Shown piece by piece: positions 1 to 8,013 of a DNA stretch of 64,000 bases (its first letter is position 1; every line of letters starts with the position of its first letter). Source of the stretch: Alphaproteobacteria bacterium (GTDB taxonomy: Bacteria; Pseudomonadota; Alphaproteobacteria; UBA7887); NCBI GenBank assembly GCA_965216755.1, contig CBDCGL010000011.1:1376001-1440000 (forward strand), in the 5' to 3' direction. Both the position numbers and the translations under genes were made by a program. The notes beneath the pieces are model-generated. The model had not been told where the DNA came from. It saw only the letters and a program-made list of their open reading frames with translations, and did not search any database.

Positions 1-662
1 GCACGATTACCGTTCATGCGCGTCGCAACTACATTGACGACAATGCCGCCAACGCCACCTTCGTCAACCCGGATGCCATCCTTATCGTCTGCGTCGGGCG
101 CAAGACTCTCATGGTTGTTGTTGGTCACAACGCTCTTGATGACTACTAGGCGCAGGCTCGCGGGCGAATCCGCACCCGCACCATCCCCCTCGGCTTGGTC
201 ATCGAAATGCAGGCCGTAGTGGCCATTGCCGTCCAGCGTGGTGTTATAGAGCACCACCCCTTGCTCGCCAGTGCGATCGACCGGAACATTGACGGTAAGC
301 GCCGTTTCCGGCGCGCCCGAAAACTTGATGTTGGCGAACCGTAGGTCGCCACCGCCATCTGCCACAAACAAGTCACGCGCACCACCACTGGTAATCGTGC
401 TGCCGCCGCCCTCGATCGACAGAGCTTGCGCGCCCCGGAAGCAAATCGGTTCACTTAGTTTGATCGGCCTCTTGACGTGTCGAATGACGATCGTGTCGAT
501 ATCGCTATCGGCATTGGCTTCGCCGATCGCCGCGCGCAATGTCGCAGGCCCGCTGTCGGCAGCGTTTGAAACCCATACCGTTTTTGCGATTGCCGGCGCT
601 GCACTCATCGTGAGCCACAGGAAGACCATCACCGCAAAGCGGCCAGTAGTCGACGCAGTCAT
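1..662 (-). CDS. Secreted right-handed beta-helix/pectin-lyase-like repeat protein (5' part; runs off the window's left edge)
   Basis: Not in the ORF track because there is no stop inside the window. Open frame from ATG at 662 with GGAGG upstream: MTASTTGRFAVMVFLWLTMSAAPAIAKTVWVSNAADSGPATLRAAIGEAN... A signal peptide is followed by the 'VxNxxDSGxxxLRxAI..AN' cap typical of beta-helix proteins, then G/N/D-rich repeats (LDGNGHYGLHFD, DKDGIRVDEGG). Confidence 0.65.
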   Translation of the reverse strand, partial: MTASTTGRFAVMVFLWLTMSAAPAIAKTVWVSNAADSGPATLRAAIGEANADSDIDTIVIRHVKRPIKLSEPICFRGAQALSIEGGGSTITSGGARDLFVADGGGDLRFANIKFSGAPETALTVNVPVDRTGEQGVVLYNTTLDGNGHYGLHFDDQAEGDGAGADSPASLRLVVIKSVVTNNNHESLAPDADDKDGIRVDEGGVGGIVVNVVATRMNGNR

Positions 663-772
663 TCTCGACCTCCAACGTGTGAAGTTGTGTTTGTCACCTC
701 ACCGATTGGGCATCGCTAGCACGCTGCGCATTGCGGTCGCATGTGAAACTCATGACAGTTAAGCGTCACTGT

Positions 773-805
773 CCGGCCGAGACACGGCGCTTCGTGTCAG
801 GCCGG
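773..805. terminator. GC-rich stem-loop downstream of ycbK-like gene (possible terminator or processing hairpin)
   Basis: CCGGCC-GA-GACACG-GCGCTT-CGTGTC-A-GGCCGG; lacks a U-tract. Confidence 0.25.
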
Positions 806-876
806 CAACTACCGAGAACGTACTGACTTCTGGCGTTGGGCGCGCCCAACTAGGCTCTTCCCGTAACGCGCTGCAC

Positions 877-1473
877 CTACTGCCACTGGCGCACGCGGCC
901 GATGTCGACATGAATAAAGTCCGATTTCGGATAATATCCGACGCCACCCGATTCGAGGCTTATCGCAGCCGCCCGAAGATCGGGCAACTGGCTTCCGGGC
1001 AAACGAAGGTCAATGGCTTTTCCAAGCATGTGCAGGCTCTTCTTGGCGACGCCCGAGCTCTTCTCCCGCAGCGCCGCGTTGGTCTTGGGCGAGCGGTAGC
1101 CGCTGATCACTTCGTACGCCGCGTCGGACTCCATGACCGAGCGCAGCGCAAACAATAGATTCAACAACCCCAGATCGATCGGCGCGACATCACCGGATCT
1201 GTGATCGCGTAACAGAAAATCGATCTCCGCCAGCGCATCATCGCGATAGACGCCATCATCCCAATAGGTGCGTGTCAGAGACTCACCCGTATGGGTGTTG
1301 TAGAAAGCCAACCACCGTGGCGCGCCTGCTGCCCAAGCGGCCGGTGCGTGCGCCAGCAAGGCACCCGCGCCGAGCCATCCGAGGATTTGGCGACGGCCGA
1401 GCATTCCAGGCTCCGTCCCGATCACCGCTTTTTGCTGTTTTCTTGGTTTCAACAAATTCAAAGCCTCCAGCAC
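877..1473 (-). CDS. ycbK: YcbK/DUF882 family peptidase M15 (MepK-like peptidoglycan endopeptidase), Tat-exported
   Basis: Tat motif RRQILGWLGAG; conserved NTHTGE, LRDHR, VISGYRSPKTN, SLHMLGKAID, GGVGYYP, FIHVD. Start may lie downstream of 1473. Confidence 0.85.
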   Translation of the reverse strand: MLEALNLLKPRKQQKAVIGTEPGMLGRRQILGWLGAGALLAHAPAAWAAGAPRWLAFYNTHTGESLTRTYWDDGVYRDDALAEIDFLLRDHRSGDVAPIDLGLLNLLFALRSVMESDAAYEVISGYRSPKTNAALREKSSGVAKKSLHMLGKAIDLRLPGSQLPDLRAAAISLESGGVGYYPKSDFIHVDIGRVRQWQ

Positions 1474-1523
1474 AAGAAACTATCTCGAACTCAGCCGGCG
1501 CCAAGCGCACGTCACGCCGACGC

Positions 1524-1555
1524 CCCCATCGGCCCCATCGGCCCCATCGGCCCCA
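1524..1555. repeat. 9-bp tandem repeat (CCCCATCGG)x3.5
   Basis: Copies at 1524, 1533 and 1542, plus a partial copy at 1551, between the L,D-transpeptidase and ycbK genes. Confidence 0.9.
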
Positions 1556-1559
1556 CGTG

Positions 1560-2777
1560 CTACGGTTTCGCCGACCAATCGTCAATATGACAGCCCTCGC
1601 CCTCGGCGATCACGTCGGCGCCGGCGCCAATCTGATCGCGCCGGTAGATGTCGTCCCGAAAGCTCACAATCCCGTCGGCGCCGGCCCACGCTGTCAGATA
1701 CGCAAAAACCACAGGTACCGGCGTCTTCAAGGGTACAGTGGTCGGCGAACCTTGGGCGGCCTTGCGTCGTACTCGCTCTGTATCCGTCGCCGTATCGCGT
1801 TTAACGAGCCAACGCGCCAGATCATCGGCACGCTCCAGGCGCACGCAACCGGAGCTAAACGCGCGGGTTATCTCATCGAACAAATCATGGTTCGGCGTGT
1901 CGTGCAGATAGACGTCATAGGGATTCGGAAACAAGAACTTAACCGCGCCGAGCGCGTTCATGGGCCCCGGTTCCTGGCGCAACTTGATCGTTGTTGGCAA
2001 GGCCTCCCAATCAACGCCACCAGGCTCGATTTCCGGGGCATTGGCCGCCCAGCTCGCGAACACGCGAATGCCCTGTCGGTGCAAATAGTCAGGATCTTGC
2101 CGAACTTTCGGCGCGATATCGCGGCGCGCGATTTTTGGCGGCACATTCCAATATGGGTTGAAGACGATGTCTTCAATGGCCGAGCGGAACGCCGGTGTCT
2201 GACGCGTCGGACGGCCGACAATGGCACGGCTGTAAACCGCCATGGAGCCGTTTTCCATGGCCGCCGCCTCGAACGCCGCCACGTGGACAAGCACAAAGCG
2301 GTCTGGCCAAGGTAATAGATTGGTTAGGCGTGTCAGGTTGAGTCGCAACAGTGCCGCGCGTCGTTCAGCTGGAACATTTAATGCGGCGCGCGTGCGCGGA
2401 CCAACGACGCCGTCGACCGCCAGCCCGTGCCGCGCCTGAAAACGTCGAATGCCCCGCACCAGTTTCGAATCGTACAAGAATTCCACGGAATTGCTCATGT
2501 GACGATAGTAGTCTCGGGTCGCGTGAAGGCGGACACGCAAGACCGCTACGCGCGTATCGGTCATGCCGGGTTCAAGCGTTGGACCGTCCGGAAACGCGGG
2601 CCATCCACCGTTCGACGCGATAAACGAATACCGGGCGATGGCGGCTTCGGTTTGCCCGATATCCGGCACGACCGAGTTAGTTGCGGTGAGTGCGCTAGCC
2701 GTGCCGTTCCAAAAAAGGCAAAAAAGGAAAGCGGCAACAACTAACGCGGCCCGCGCCGGAACACGGCGGCGTTTCAT
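1560..2777 (-). CDS. L,D-transpeptidase, YcbB/LdtD-like, with peptidoglycan-binding domain
   Basis: PG-binding motif RRFQARHGLAVDGVVGPRT; YkuD motifs IVG..RQTP, FNPYWNVP, NALGAVKFLFPN, YLHDTP...FSSGCVR (catalytic His/Cys). Start placed at MKRRR signal peptide (ATG 2777). Confidence 0.9.
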   Translation of the reverse strand: MKRRRVPARAALVVAAFLFCLFWNGTASALTATNSVVPDIGQTEAAIARYSFIASNGGWPAFPDGPTLEPGMTDTRVAVLRVRLHATRDYYRHMSNSVEFLYDSKLVRGIRRFQARHGLAVDGVVGPRTRAALNVPAERRAALLRLNLTRLTNLLPWPDRFVLVHVAAFEAAAMENGSMAVYSRAIVGRPTRQTPAFRSAIEDIVFNPYWNVPPKIARRDIAPKVRQDPDYLHRQGIRVFASWAANAPEIEPGGVDWEALPTTIKLRQEPGPMNALGAVKFLFPNPYDVYLHDTPNHDLFDEITRAFSSGCVRLERADDLARWLVKRDTATDTERVRRKAAQGSPTTVPLKTPVPVVFAYLTAWAGADGIVSFRDDIYRRDQIGAGADVIAEGEGCHIDDWSAKP

Positions 2778-2793
2778 TGGTTGAACAATCAAT

Positions 2794-3621
2794 TCAAGGG
2801 CCCAGAACGACCGTGCGTTGATGGAGGGTCGGCATAAGCTCAAAATATGGCCTTATGACAGGCGATTCGGAAGCCTCGAATTTTACAAAAGGACCGTCAA
2901 ATAGCACGCGACCTTCGTGCAGCATTACGATTCGTGGTGCAAGGCGACTCAACAGGTCTTTGTCGTGGGTGACAATGACAGTCGTACGTGCAGGCTGCCC
3001 CGGCCGACTGTCGGAATGCGCGGCGTAAATAAGGTCTTGGATATGTGAGGCGCTGGTCGGATCCAGGCCGCTCGTCGGTTCATCATAAAAGATCACAACT
3101 GGATCCATTGCCAGCGCGCGAGCCACGGCCAGGCGTTTGGCCATGCCACCGGACAGACTTGCAACTGACGTTCGGAGAAAGACATCGTCGGTGGGCAGCG
3201 CGACTGAGTCGAGGACGGCGCGCGCAATGGGTCGAATTTGGTCCGTCTCAAGCCCTTGAACTTCACGCAACCACAGCGCGATATTCTCGAAAACGCTACT
3301 GGAAAATAAGGCGTTGCGTTGGAAGACGACACCCCAATGAGAATGCACGCCGTCCAACCCGCGGCCGCTCAGTTCATCCAAGTCGATCAACGGTGCGCCT
3401 GGCAAGTCGTGATCGGCGATCAAAATATGACCGGCATCGGCATCTAAGAGTCCCAGGACGACGTTGAGCAACACCGTCTTGCCGCAGCCGGAACCGCCCA
3501 CAATTGCGACAACTTCGCCACGCGCGACCTCAAGATCGACACCTCTCAAGACTTCGTTGTCGCCAAAGGCTTTGTGCAGCCCGACAACCCGGATCTCAAG
3601 ATCGGCGCGCGCGGCGGCCAT
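2794..3621 (-). CDS. ABC transporter ATP-binding protein, MlaF/Mkl-like
   Basis: Walker A GGSGCGKT, Q-loop VVFQ, signature LSGGMAKR, YDEPTSGLDP, VTHD. ATG 3621 is preceded by GAGGAG. Confidence 0.85.
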   Translation of the reverse strand: MAAARADLEIRVVGLHKAFGDNEVLRGVDLEVARGEVVAIVGGSGCGKTVLLNVVLGLLDADAGHILIADHDLPGAPLIDLDELSGRGLDGVHSHWGVVFQRNALFSSSVFENIALWLREVQGLETDQIRPIARAVLDSVALPTDDVFLRTSVASLSGGMAKRLAVARALAMDPVVIFYDEPTSGLDPTSASHIQDLIYAAHSDSRPGQPARTTVIVTHDKDLLSRLAPRIVMLHEGRVLFDGPFVKFEASESPVIRPYFELMPTLHQRTVVLGP

Positions 3622-3706
3622 AGTCTCCTCGCCAATGTTGGGTCGTACCGTCAAGAAGCGGCGCCCGCGGGTCAAAAGCCTGGTTGGCGTTCCGCAACTT
3701 GGCCAA

Positions 3707-4168
3707 TCAACCGTCAGGTTCGACCCGCAAACTTCCGCGCGACCCGATGATTCGAACGGCGGTCCCCGGCGGTAGCGGCTGCGCGCCATCTTTGGCGGCG
3801 ACCACAATGGCGTATTCTTCACCGGTCTCGCTGTCACGCATCACATATTCATGCCCCGCGCGCGTATCGGCCGCTTCCTCAATCAAATAACCGAGTCCCA
3901 GCCCAATGACCGCAGCGCCCAGGACAATGGCGCTCTCCGCACCAGCAATGTCAGCACCGACCCCGGCGACCGTCGCGCCAGCGACGGGCCCATACCAATT
4001 GTTTTCGAAACCCGGATCCTCGGTCACGGTCACTTGCCGGCTAGACAGAACGATAGCTTGTTCAACCTGCAATTTGCGGCCGGTTTCGCTGACCCGGTAC
4101 GTATCTCCGGAACCATAGGTGCAGCCAAACAGCGCCACCACCGCAATCGCCATTGCCAAAACTTTCAT
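3707..4168 (-). CDS. Outer-membrane lipoprotein with glycine zipper (SlyB-like)
   Basis: MKVLAMAIAVVALFGC lipobox; GPVAGATVAGVGA...GAAVIGLGLG glycine zipper; GGAGG RBS. Confidence 0.7.
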   Translation of the reverse strand: MKVLAMAIAVVALFGCTYGSGDTYRVSETGRKLQVEQAIVLSSRQVTVTEDPGFENNWYGPVAGATVAGVGADIAGAESAIVLGAAVIGLGLGYLIEEAADTRAGHEYVMRDSETGEEYAIVVAAKDGAQPLPPGTAVRIIGSRGSLRVEPDG

Positions 4169-4392
4169 TGAACCTCCAATTGGGTGTCGGCCTAAAACAG
4201 ACCTATCGAGGTGCCCGCCAACCGTCATTGAGGTGGATCAACCCGTCGGACTGGATTTTGCCGGTCAAGTGCGTCCCAACTTCTGCTTATGTGAGACGGC
4301 CGTGCTCAGAACCAAGGTGTCACGACCACAATGGCCGCCACGCACGGACGCGCCTGCGCCATAGCCCCTCAAGCGGCACGTGCCCTATCTAC

Positions 4393-4406
4393 TTGATATT
4401 GATCAA
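4393..4406. promoter_or_regulatory. FNR/FixK/FnrL-type binding site
   Basis: Perfect consensus TTGAT-ATTG-ATCAA in an intergenic AT-rich patch upstream of the minus-strand lipoprotein gene. Confidence 0.6.
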
Positions 4407-4447
4407 TTTAACTTCGTTCGAATGACTCCTTTTGAACGAGGATGGAT

Positions 4448-5239
4448 CTAGCTGATTGCAACCACCACGATCATCAGTACGATAATCTCCGTGACTTGCT
4501 GGGCGGTGCCCAGCACATCGCCGGTATAACCACCAATCTGGCGCCGCGCCAACGCGCCGACGCCGACGGCCACCAGGGCCGCCGCGATCAACGCCGCGAC
4601 CATTGCGGCAAAGCTGAACGCCAATAATCCGCATGCGGCGACGATCGACAATGCCACCGCAACCGCCGTCGTATCAGCCGCCGGGCGCCCAGCCGTCACG
4701 GCAAGTCCGTCGACCCGCGCCGGCGAGGAAAACCTCATGATGGCGACCATGACACTGCGCGACAGGGCGCCGGCCGCGACCAAAGCCACCACCACGGGGA
4801 TAGCAGCACCAATCGTGCCGAGCGCGCCGACGCGCGCCATCAATGCGACCACGATCGCAATGGTGCCGAACGTACCAATCTGGCTGTCACGCATGATTTC
4901 AAGCTTGCGGGTGGCCGATGCGCCACCGCCAAATCCGTCAGCTAGGTCGGCAAGGCCGTCTTCGTGCAGCGCACCGGTAATAAGAAGTTGCGCGACCACA
5001 GCGGCGATGGCTGCGAGCCACGGCCCCAGACCAAGAATCTCACCAAACCAAAAAACCACCCCACCAACAACGCCAACCAATACGCCAACGATGGGAAAAG
5101 CCCACATGGCGTTCGCGAGAGAGCCAACGGCATGCGCACCTGCAAGCGGAACGCGGGTCAGGAATATCAGGGCGTGCAGCAGACCCGCCCACAAATCATC
5201 GCCCGGGGTCTTTTCTGTTCGGTCGCCGCTGTCGCCCAT
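4448..5239 (-). CDS. cobS: Adenosylcobinamide-GDP ribazoletransferase (cobalamin synthase, CobS/CobV)
   Basis: FLTRVP, TGALHEDGLADLADGFGG, LEIMRDSQIGTFG, IGGYTGDVLG; hydrophobic membrane protein. Confidence 0.95.
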   Translation of the reverse strand: MGDSGDRTEKTPGDDLWAGLLHALIFLTRVPLAGAHAVGSLANAMWAFPIVGVLVGVVGGVVFWFGEILGLGPWLAAIAAVVAQLLITGALHEDGLADLADGFGGGASATRKLEIMRDSQIGTFGTIAIVVALMARVGALGTIGAAIPVVVALVAAGALSRSVMVAIMRFSSPARVDGLAVTAGRPAADTTAVAVALSIVAACGLLAFSFAAMVAALIAAALVAVGVGALARRQIGGYTGDVLGTAQQVTEIIVLMIVVVAIS

Positions 5240-5347
5240 ATCTCGACTTCCGTTCGCCAGAATTCCTCGCAGATGGCGCCTCGGTTGGTTATAGGATACC
5301 AGGCCATATCCGGCATCCATGACACCAATCGTAAGGAATCGCGCGCG

Positions 5348-6358
5348 TTGGATCATTGGCGCAAAATTGTCAGCGAATTTCCCACCGGAGACCGGGCCGC
5401 GCGCGACGCCGCCACGGCCCGTCAACAAGTCCTGACCAAGCCCCTTGGGTCCCTTGGCCGTCTCGAGGAGTTGGCCATTTGGGCGGCGACGTGGCAGGGT
5501 CGCGCGGTGCCGCGTGAAACGCCCATACAAGTGCTCGTCTTCGCCGGCAATCATGGCGTCGCGGCGCGGGGCGTGTCGGCCTACCCGACGGAAGTCACGG
5601 CGCAGATGGTGGCGAACTTCAGCGCCGGCGGCGCCGCCATCAACCAGCTTTGCGGCATCGCGGGCGCGCGCCTTGACGTACACGCGATCGAGCTAGACCG
5701 CCCGACCGAAGATTTCACGAAAGTTCCAGCGATGTCCGCCGCCGAGTGCGCTCGGCACATGCAGTTCGGCCTCGAGAGTGTCGATTCCGACGCAGCTTTG
5801 TTGTGCGTCGGCGAAATGGGCATCGCCAACACGACCGCAGCAGCCGCACTCGCCAATGCCCTTTTTGGTGGCACACCCAACGATTGGGTCGGACGCGGCA
5901 CAGGCGTTGACGACGATGGTCTGGATCGCAAGCGGGCAACCGTCGCCGCCGCCTTGCACAAGCATCAAACGCAAACCCACGATCCGTTGGAAGCGTTGCG
6001 CCGAGTCGGCGGTCGCGAATTGGCCGCGATGGCCGGCGCCGTTGCTGGCGCCCGGCAAAGACGCATCCCCGTCTTGCTAGACGGCTATGTCGCGACAGCG
6101 GCGGCCGCTGTGTTGGCGCGTCTGACCACCGGGGGGCTGGACCATTGCCGCGCGGCCCACTGCTCTGCGGAGGCCGGACATCGGCATTTGCTGGAAGCGC
6201 TCGGACTTAGCCCCATTCTCGACCTGGGGATGCGCCTCGGGGAAGCTTCTGGCGCGGCGTTGGCTGCCAATATTGTTCGCGCCGCGATCTCCGCCCACAA
6301 CGGCATGGCGACATTTGGCGAAGCGGGCGTGAGCGAAAGCAGTAAGAAACAGATTTAG
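5348..6358 (+). CDS. cobT: Nicotinate-nucleotide--dimethylbenzimidazole phosphoribosyltransferase (CobT; CobU in aerobic nomenclature)
   Basis: LTKPLGSLGRLE, FAGNHGV, GEMGIANTT, GRGTG, LGMRLGEASGA. Start placed at TTG 5348 after AAGGA (uncertain). Confidence 0.95.
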   Translation: MDHWRKIVSEFPTGDRAARDAATARQQVLTKPLGSLGRLEELAIWAATWQGRAVPRETPIQVLVFAGNHGVAARGVSAYPTEVTAQMVANFSAGGAAINQLCGIAGARLDVHAIELDRPTEDFTKVPAMSAAECARHMQFGLESVDSDAALLCVGEMGIANTTAAAALANALFGGTPNDWVGRGTGVDDDGLDRKRATVAAALHKHQTQTHDPLEALRRVGGRELAAMAGAVAGARQRRIPVLLDGYVATAAAAVLARLTTGGLDHCRAAHCSAEAGHRHLLEALGLSPILDLGMRLGEASGAALAANIVRAAISAHNGMATFGEAGVSESSKKQI

Positions 6359-6365
6359 CAGCGTC

Positions 6366-6893
6366 TTATGTCGCTGGTTTAAGCACACACGGCAAGCCTG
6401 CGGTCATGAACACCACTCGGTCTGCCAAGGCCGCAACTGCCTGGTGAAGGCGACCCGCTTCGTCACAGAAGCGCCGCGCTAACGCGTTATCGGGTACAAT
6501 TCCCTGCCCAACTTCGTTCGACACGACGACGATCGGCCCCGCGCGCTGGCCGAACGCCGCGAGTAGTTCGTGTACGGCACTCTCTAAGGGCCGCTGGGCG
6601 AGCATGATGTTGGTTAGCCACAGCGTGAGGCAATCGACCAGCAGTGGCGAACCCGATGCACTTTTACCTCGGATCACATTGGCCAATTCCAACGGCGCCT
6701 CGATCGTTCGCCAATGTCGCCCGCGCCGCGCTTGATGCTTATGAATACGCGTTGCCATTTCAGAATCACCGGCCGCCGCGGTGGCGACATAGATTGGTGT
6801 TCCCCCCATCGAATCGATAATGTATTCCGCATAGACGCTCTTGCCCGATCGCACGCCCCCAAGAACGAACATGAACGTGTTGCCCGATATCAT
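6366..6893 (-). CDS. cobU: Bifunctional adenosylcobinamide kinase/adenosylcobinamide-phosphate guanylyltransferase (CobU/CobP)
   Basis: LGGVRSGKS, YVATA, EMATRIHKHQARR, LVDCLTLWLTN, VSNEVGQGIVP. Confidence 0.95.
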   Translation of the reverse strand: MISGNTFMFVLGGVRSGKSVYAEYIIDSMGGTPIYVATAAAGDSEMATRIHKHQARRGRHWRTIEAPLELANVIRGKSASGSPLLVDCLTLWLTNIMLAQRPLESAVHELLAAFGQRAGPIVVVSNEVGQGIVPDNALARRFCDEAGRLHQAVAALADRVVFMTAGLPCVLKPAT

Positions 6894-7127
6894 TGCCGCC
6901 TCAGCCCTTATTTGACATGCACGGTGCTTACGGTACGGGGATTTCGTGACAGTTGCTACCATGCGTCGGTCGAGAAAATTCGTGTAGGAAAAAGCCCACG
7001 ACCGCTGGTCGGGCAGTCATGTTGGGCCGCGATAGCTAGGGCGGCGGATGTAAGCTTTACGTTCGCGCAACTCCTTATTACCATCCGAACGCCGCGTCAT
7101 TGGCACCAGTCTCAGGAGGAAGCGCAG

Positions 7128-7316
7128 ATGGCCCATCCCCAAACACACGCTACGACATCGATAGTCGATCGGAGCGGGACCGGCACGCTCAGCGCGGTGG
7201 CGGTGGCGGCGTTGCTTGGTGTTGCAATCATTTTCTTGGTCGGATTTGCGCAACCCAGTCTCTTGCATAACGCAGCGCACGACACACGTCACGGTTTGGT
7301 TTTTCCCTGCCATTGA
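7128..7316 (+). CDS. cbtB: Putative cobalt transporter subunit CbtB
   Basis: AGGAGG RBS; one TM helix followed by LHNAAHDTRHGLVFPCH. Confidence 0.92.
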   Translation: MAHPQTHATTSIVDRSGTGTLSAVAVAALLGVAIIFLVGFAQPSLLHNAAHDTRHGLVFPCH

Positions 7317-7323
7317 GCCGAAG

Positions 7324-8013
7324 ATGCTAGGGCGAATTGCCGTCGCGGCTCTGTTGGCCGGGCTCGTTGGTGGGCTGGTCGTCACTGTCATCCAAAGTTT
7401 TGAAATCCTCCCGCTGATCGCGGAAGCGGAGATGTATGAAGTCGACGCCGGTCACACAAGGGAAACCGCCGAAGGCCACACCCACGATCATGGCGGGCCG
7501 TGGGCACCGTCGGACGGACTGGAGAGGTTTTCGCTGACCGCACTCTCCAATGTGTTGGTGGGAATCGGCTTCGCCCTCTTGCTTTGTGCGGGCGCCGTGC
7601 TGCGGGGCGGACTAGATTGGCGCCAGGGCCTGGTTTGGGGCCTTGCCGGCTATGCCGCAGTCAACTTGGCGCCAGCCCTGGGTTTACCACCGGAATTGCC
7701 GGGAATGCGCGCTGCCGGTCTAGCCGAACGTCAGCTGTGGTGGGTCATGACCGCGGTGGGAACAGCGGGTGGACTAGCGCTGATCGCCTTTGGGCGCGCG
7801 GTCTTGTGGAAAGCCCTTGGTACCGCGTTGATTGTCTTGCCGCATGCCATCGGCGCGCCTCATGTGGAAACCGTCGGATCAGGCACGGTCCCGGCCGAGT
7901 TGGTGGCTGCCTTTGTGACCGCTACTTTGGTCGCCAACCTGTTCTTCTGGCTCGTGATTGGTGCCGTCGCAGGCTACGTGCTCAACCGGGCGGCGGCTAC
8001 CGTGAGTCAATAA
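7324..8013 (+). CDS. cbtA: Putative cobalt transporter subunit CbtA
   Basis: PLIAEAEMYE, His-rich loop HTHDHGG, WAPSDGLER, APALGLPPELPG, RQLWW, PHAIGAP. Confidence 0.92.
   Translation: MLGRIAVAALLAGLVGGLVVTVIQSFEILPLIAEAEMYEVDAGHTRETAEGHTHDHGGPWAPSDGLERFSLTALSNVLVGIGFALLLCAGAVLRGGLDWRQGLVWGLAGYAAVNLAPALGLPPELPGMRAAGLAERQLWWVMTAVGTAGGLALIAFGRAVLWKALGTALIVLPHAIGAPHVETVGSGTVPAELVAAFVTATLVANLFFWLVIGAVAGYVLNRAAATVSQ

Noticed and set aside
1524-1555. Tandem repeats as a CRISPR array
   Set aside because: Units of 6-9 bp with no spacers; no cas genes in the window.
1272-2315. Long antisense ORFs (also 18652..19806-, 22251..23330+, 23754..24704+, 45506..46450-, 54987..55934+)
   Set aside because: They lie opposite well-supported genes, lack motifs, and are expected in high-GC DNA.
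4964-5683. Apparent 700-bp head-to-head overlap of the cobS and cobT ORFs
   Set aside because: Artefact of longest-ORF calling; family N-termini place the starts near 5239 and 5348, leaving a normal divergent spacer.
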